Shown in pieces: positions 62,979-64,000 of a stretch of 64,000 bases of DNA. The DNA is from Octopus sinensis (Eukaryota), in assembly GCF_006345805.1 (NCBI RefSeq), contig NC_042999.1, positions 56,544,001-56,608,000 on the forward strand. Direction: 5' to 3'. The notes beneath the pieces are model-generated. The model saw only the letters and a program-made list of their open reading frames with translations. It was not told the DNA's origin and searched no databases. Both the position numbers and the translations under genes were made by a program. The stretch's first letter is position 1; each line of letters opens with the position of its first letter.

Positions 62979-63022
62979 CAGGCTCGTTCGTATTAGTCTG
63001 AGTTGCTGGATAATTTCTGTTC
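62979..63022 (-). CDS. Possible upstream ATXN7L3 exon (TEIIQQLRLIRTSL), no start codon
   Basis: Strong donor CTG|gtaggt in the needed phase 0; acceptor cttaaag; no recognisable homology. Confidence 0.3.
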
Positions 63023-63320
63023 CTTTAAGAATATTGTAGAACGGAAAATTTTCATAGATTGGAACTCTATAGAAATTTATTGTTTCAAGAAAACATTGAA
63101 TTTGAAGAGAACATTTGCTGGGTGAAAATAAACAGTGACCGGGCTCAATAAAAGGAGCCTGAGTTATTGGCTGCAATTATATACTTGAAGTCAATGCTGG
63201 TAGAAATTAAATCCGCTTTCAAATACACGCTCACTTTACTAAATTTATATTTGGGCTAAGCCCAAACAGCCTGAGTGCCGGAGTCATCACTGATATATAT
63301 GTAGTTAACTCTCTTGTATC

Positions 63321-63368
63321 GTCTCTGATGAAGGGATATCCATAATATCCTGGAAACAGCTGTAAGAC
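63321..63368 (+). ncRNA. Minimal type-I hammerhead motif (third family)
   Basis: GUCU CUGAUGA A GGGAUA uccauaa UAUCCU g GAA ACAGCUGU A AGAC. Confidence 0.7.
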
Positions 63369-63534
63369 TACCTTTCTCTTTATAATTGTCCTATAAATTC
63401 CACACACCCTTGGTTTTTTTTTTTGTTTCATTTTATTTAACACATATATATGTATATGTATATATGTGTGTATATATGTGTGTATATATATATATATATA
63501 TCTATATATATATATATATATATATAAATATATA

Positions 63535-64000
63535 TATATACTTTGATACTTTGATAGGTTTCGGCCATTATTGGCCCAGGCCATGTCTAACTTAATAGCA
63601 CCACCTGGTGAAGTCTTTCAAGTCAGAATTTGGGCACTATGGCCCACTCAAGTAGAGAGTTATTGTTTACAGAGACATATCCGGGTGTAGGGGGTTTATC
63701 CGGGATTTCTTGAAGGAATCTGTCCAAAGACTTCTTGAACCCTATAGGGTCAGTTTATGTTTTAATGTGTTTTGATGTAATGTTAAAGAGAGCGGGGCCA
63801 ATTGAGGTGAAATAATTGTGCCGTATTGTTGTTATGAGATGAGAGTGCGATTTTTATTTTGGGCGGATGGCACGGGGCCCAAGCCTTGGATGTACCTTAA
63901 AGGTGATGCCAACATCATTTGGGCAATGCTGATGGAATATTTTCCACATCATGCAGATGATGTAGCGCTCACGACGACGTTGGAGAGAATAGAGTTTTAG
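63535..64000 (-). mobile_element. CR1/L2-group LINE 3' end
   Basis: Minus strand LYSLQRRRERYIICMMWKI...GPALFN...FKKSLDRFLQEIPD.P.TPGY; 3' UTR hairpin GGCC-aataat-GGCC and (TATCAAAG)2 tail. Confidence 0.88.

Noticed and set aside
63545-63570. GGCC-aataat-GGCC-GAAAC on the minus strand, resembling hammerhead stem II + GAAA
   Set aside because: No CUGANGA-type core upstream; better explained as a LINE 3' UTR stem-loop.
63818-64000. Plus-strand 60-aa ORF MPYCCYEM...
   Set aside because: Antisense shadow of a LINE RT C-terminus on the minus strand.
1-64000. CRISPR arrays, rRNA, snoRNA, operon-like features
   Set aside because: None seen; tandem repeats lack unique spacers and the DNA is eukaryotic intron/intergenic sequence.

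Overview
AT-rich, microsatellite- and transposon-rich animal genomic DNA. The repeat families suggest an octopus or other coleoid cephalopod (inference). Two convergent spliced genes were reconstructed exon by exon from splice signals and protein similarity. (1) On +, the last 8 coding exons of cytoplasmic dynein-1 light intermediate chain (1450-18594), with a U12-type intron at 5725-8725. (2) On -, 10 coding exons of ATXN7L3/Sgf11 (62732-43696), including 17-, 26- and 48-nt exons; the start exon is unresolved. The rest is SINEs, RTE/CR1/L2/Penelope relics, mariner/piggyBac/pogo MITEs and a non-autonomous Helitron. The most notable signal is a set of self-cleaving-ribozyme motifs carried by retroelements. 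These are: a tRNA-headed SINE with a minimal type-I hammerhead (5 copies, one inserted as a TSD-flanked inverted dimer), a hammerhead with a covaried G3:C8 core beside a Penelope GIY-YIG relic, a third hammerhead family at 63321, and a degenerate HDV-like fold in an RTE 5' UTR. A promoter-less foldback element with variable-length TSDs (3 copies) also looks like an unusual retroposon. All structures were derived by eye; no searches or folding programs were run.
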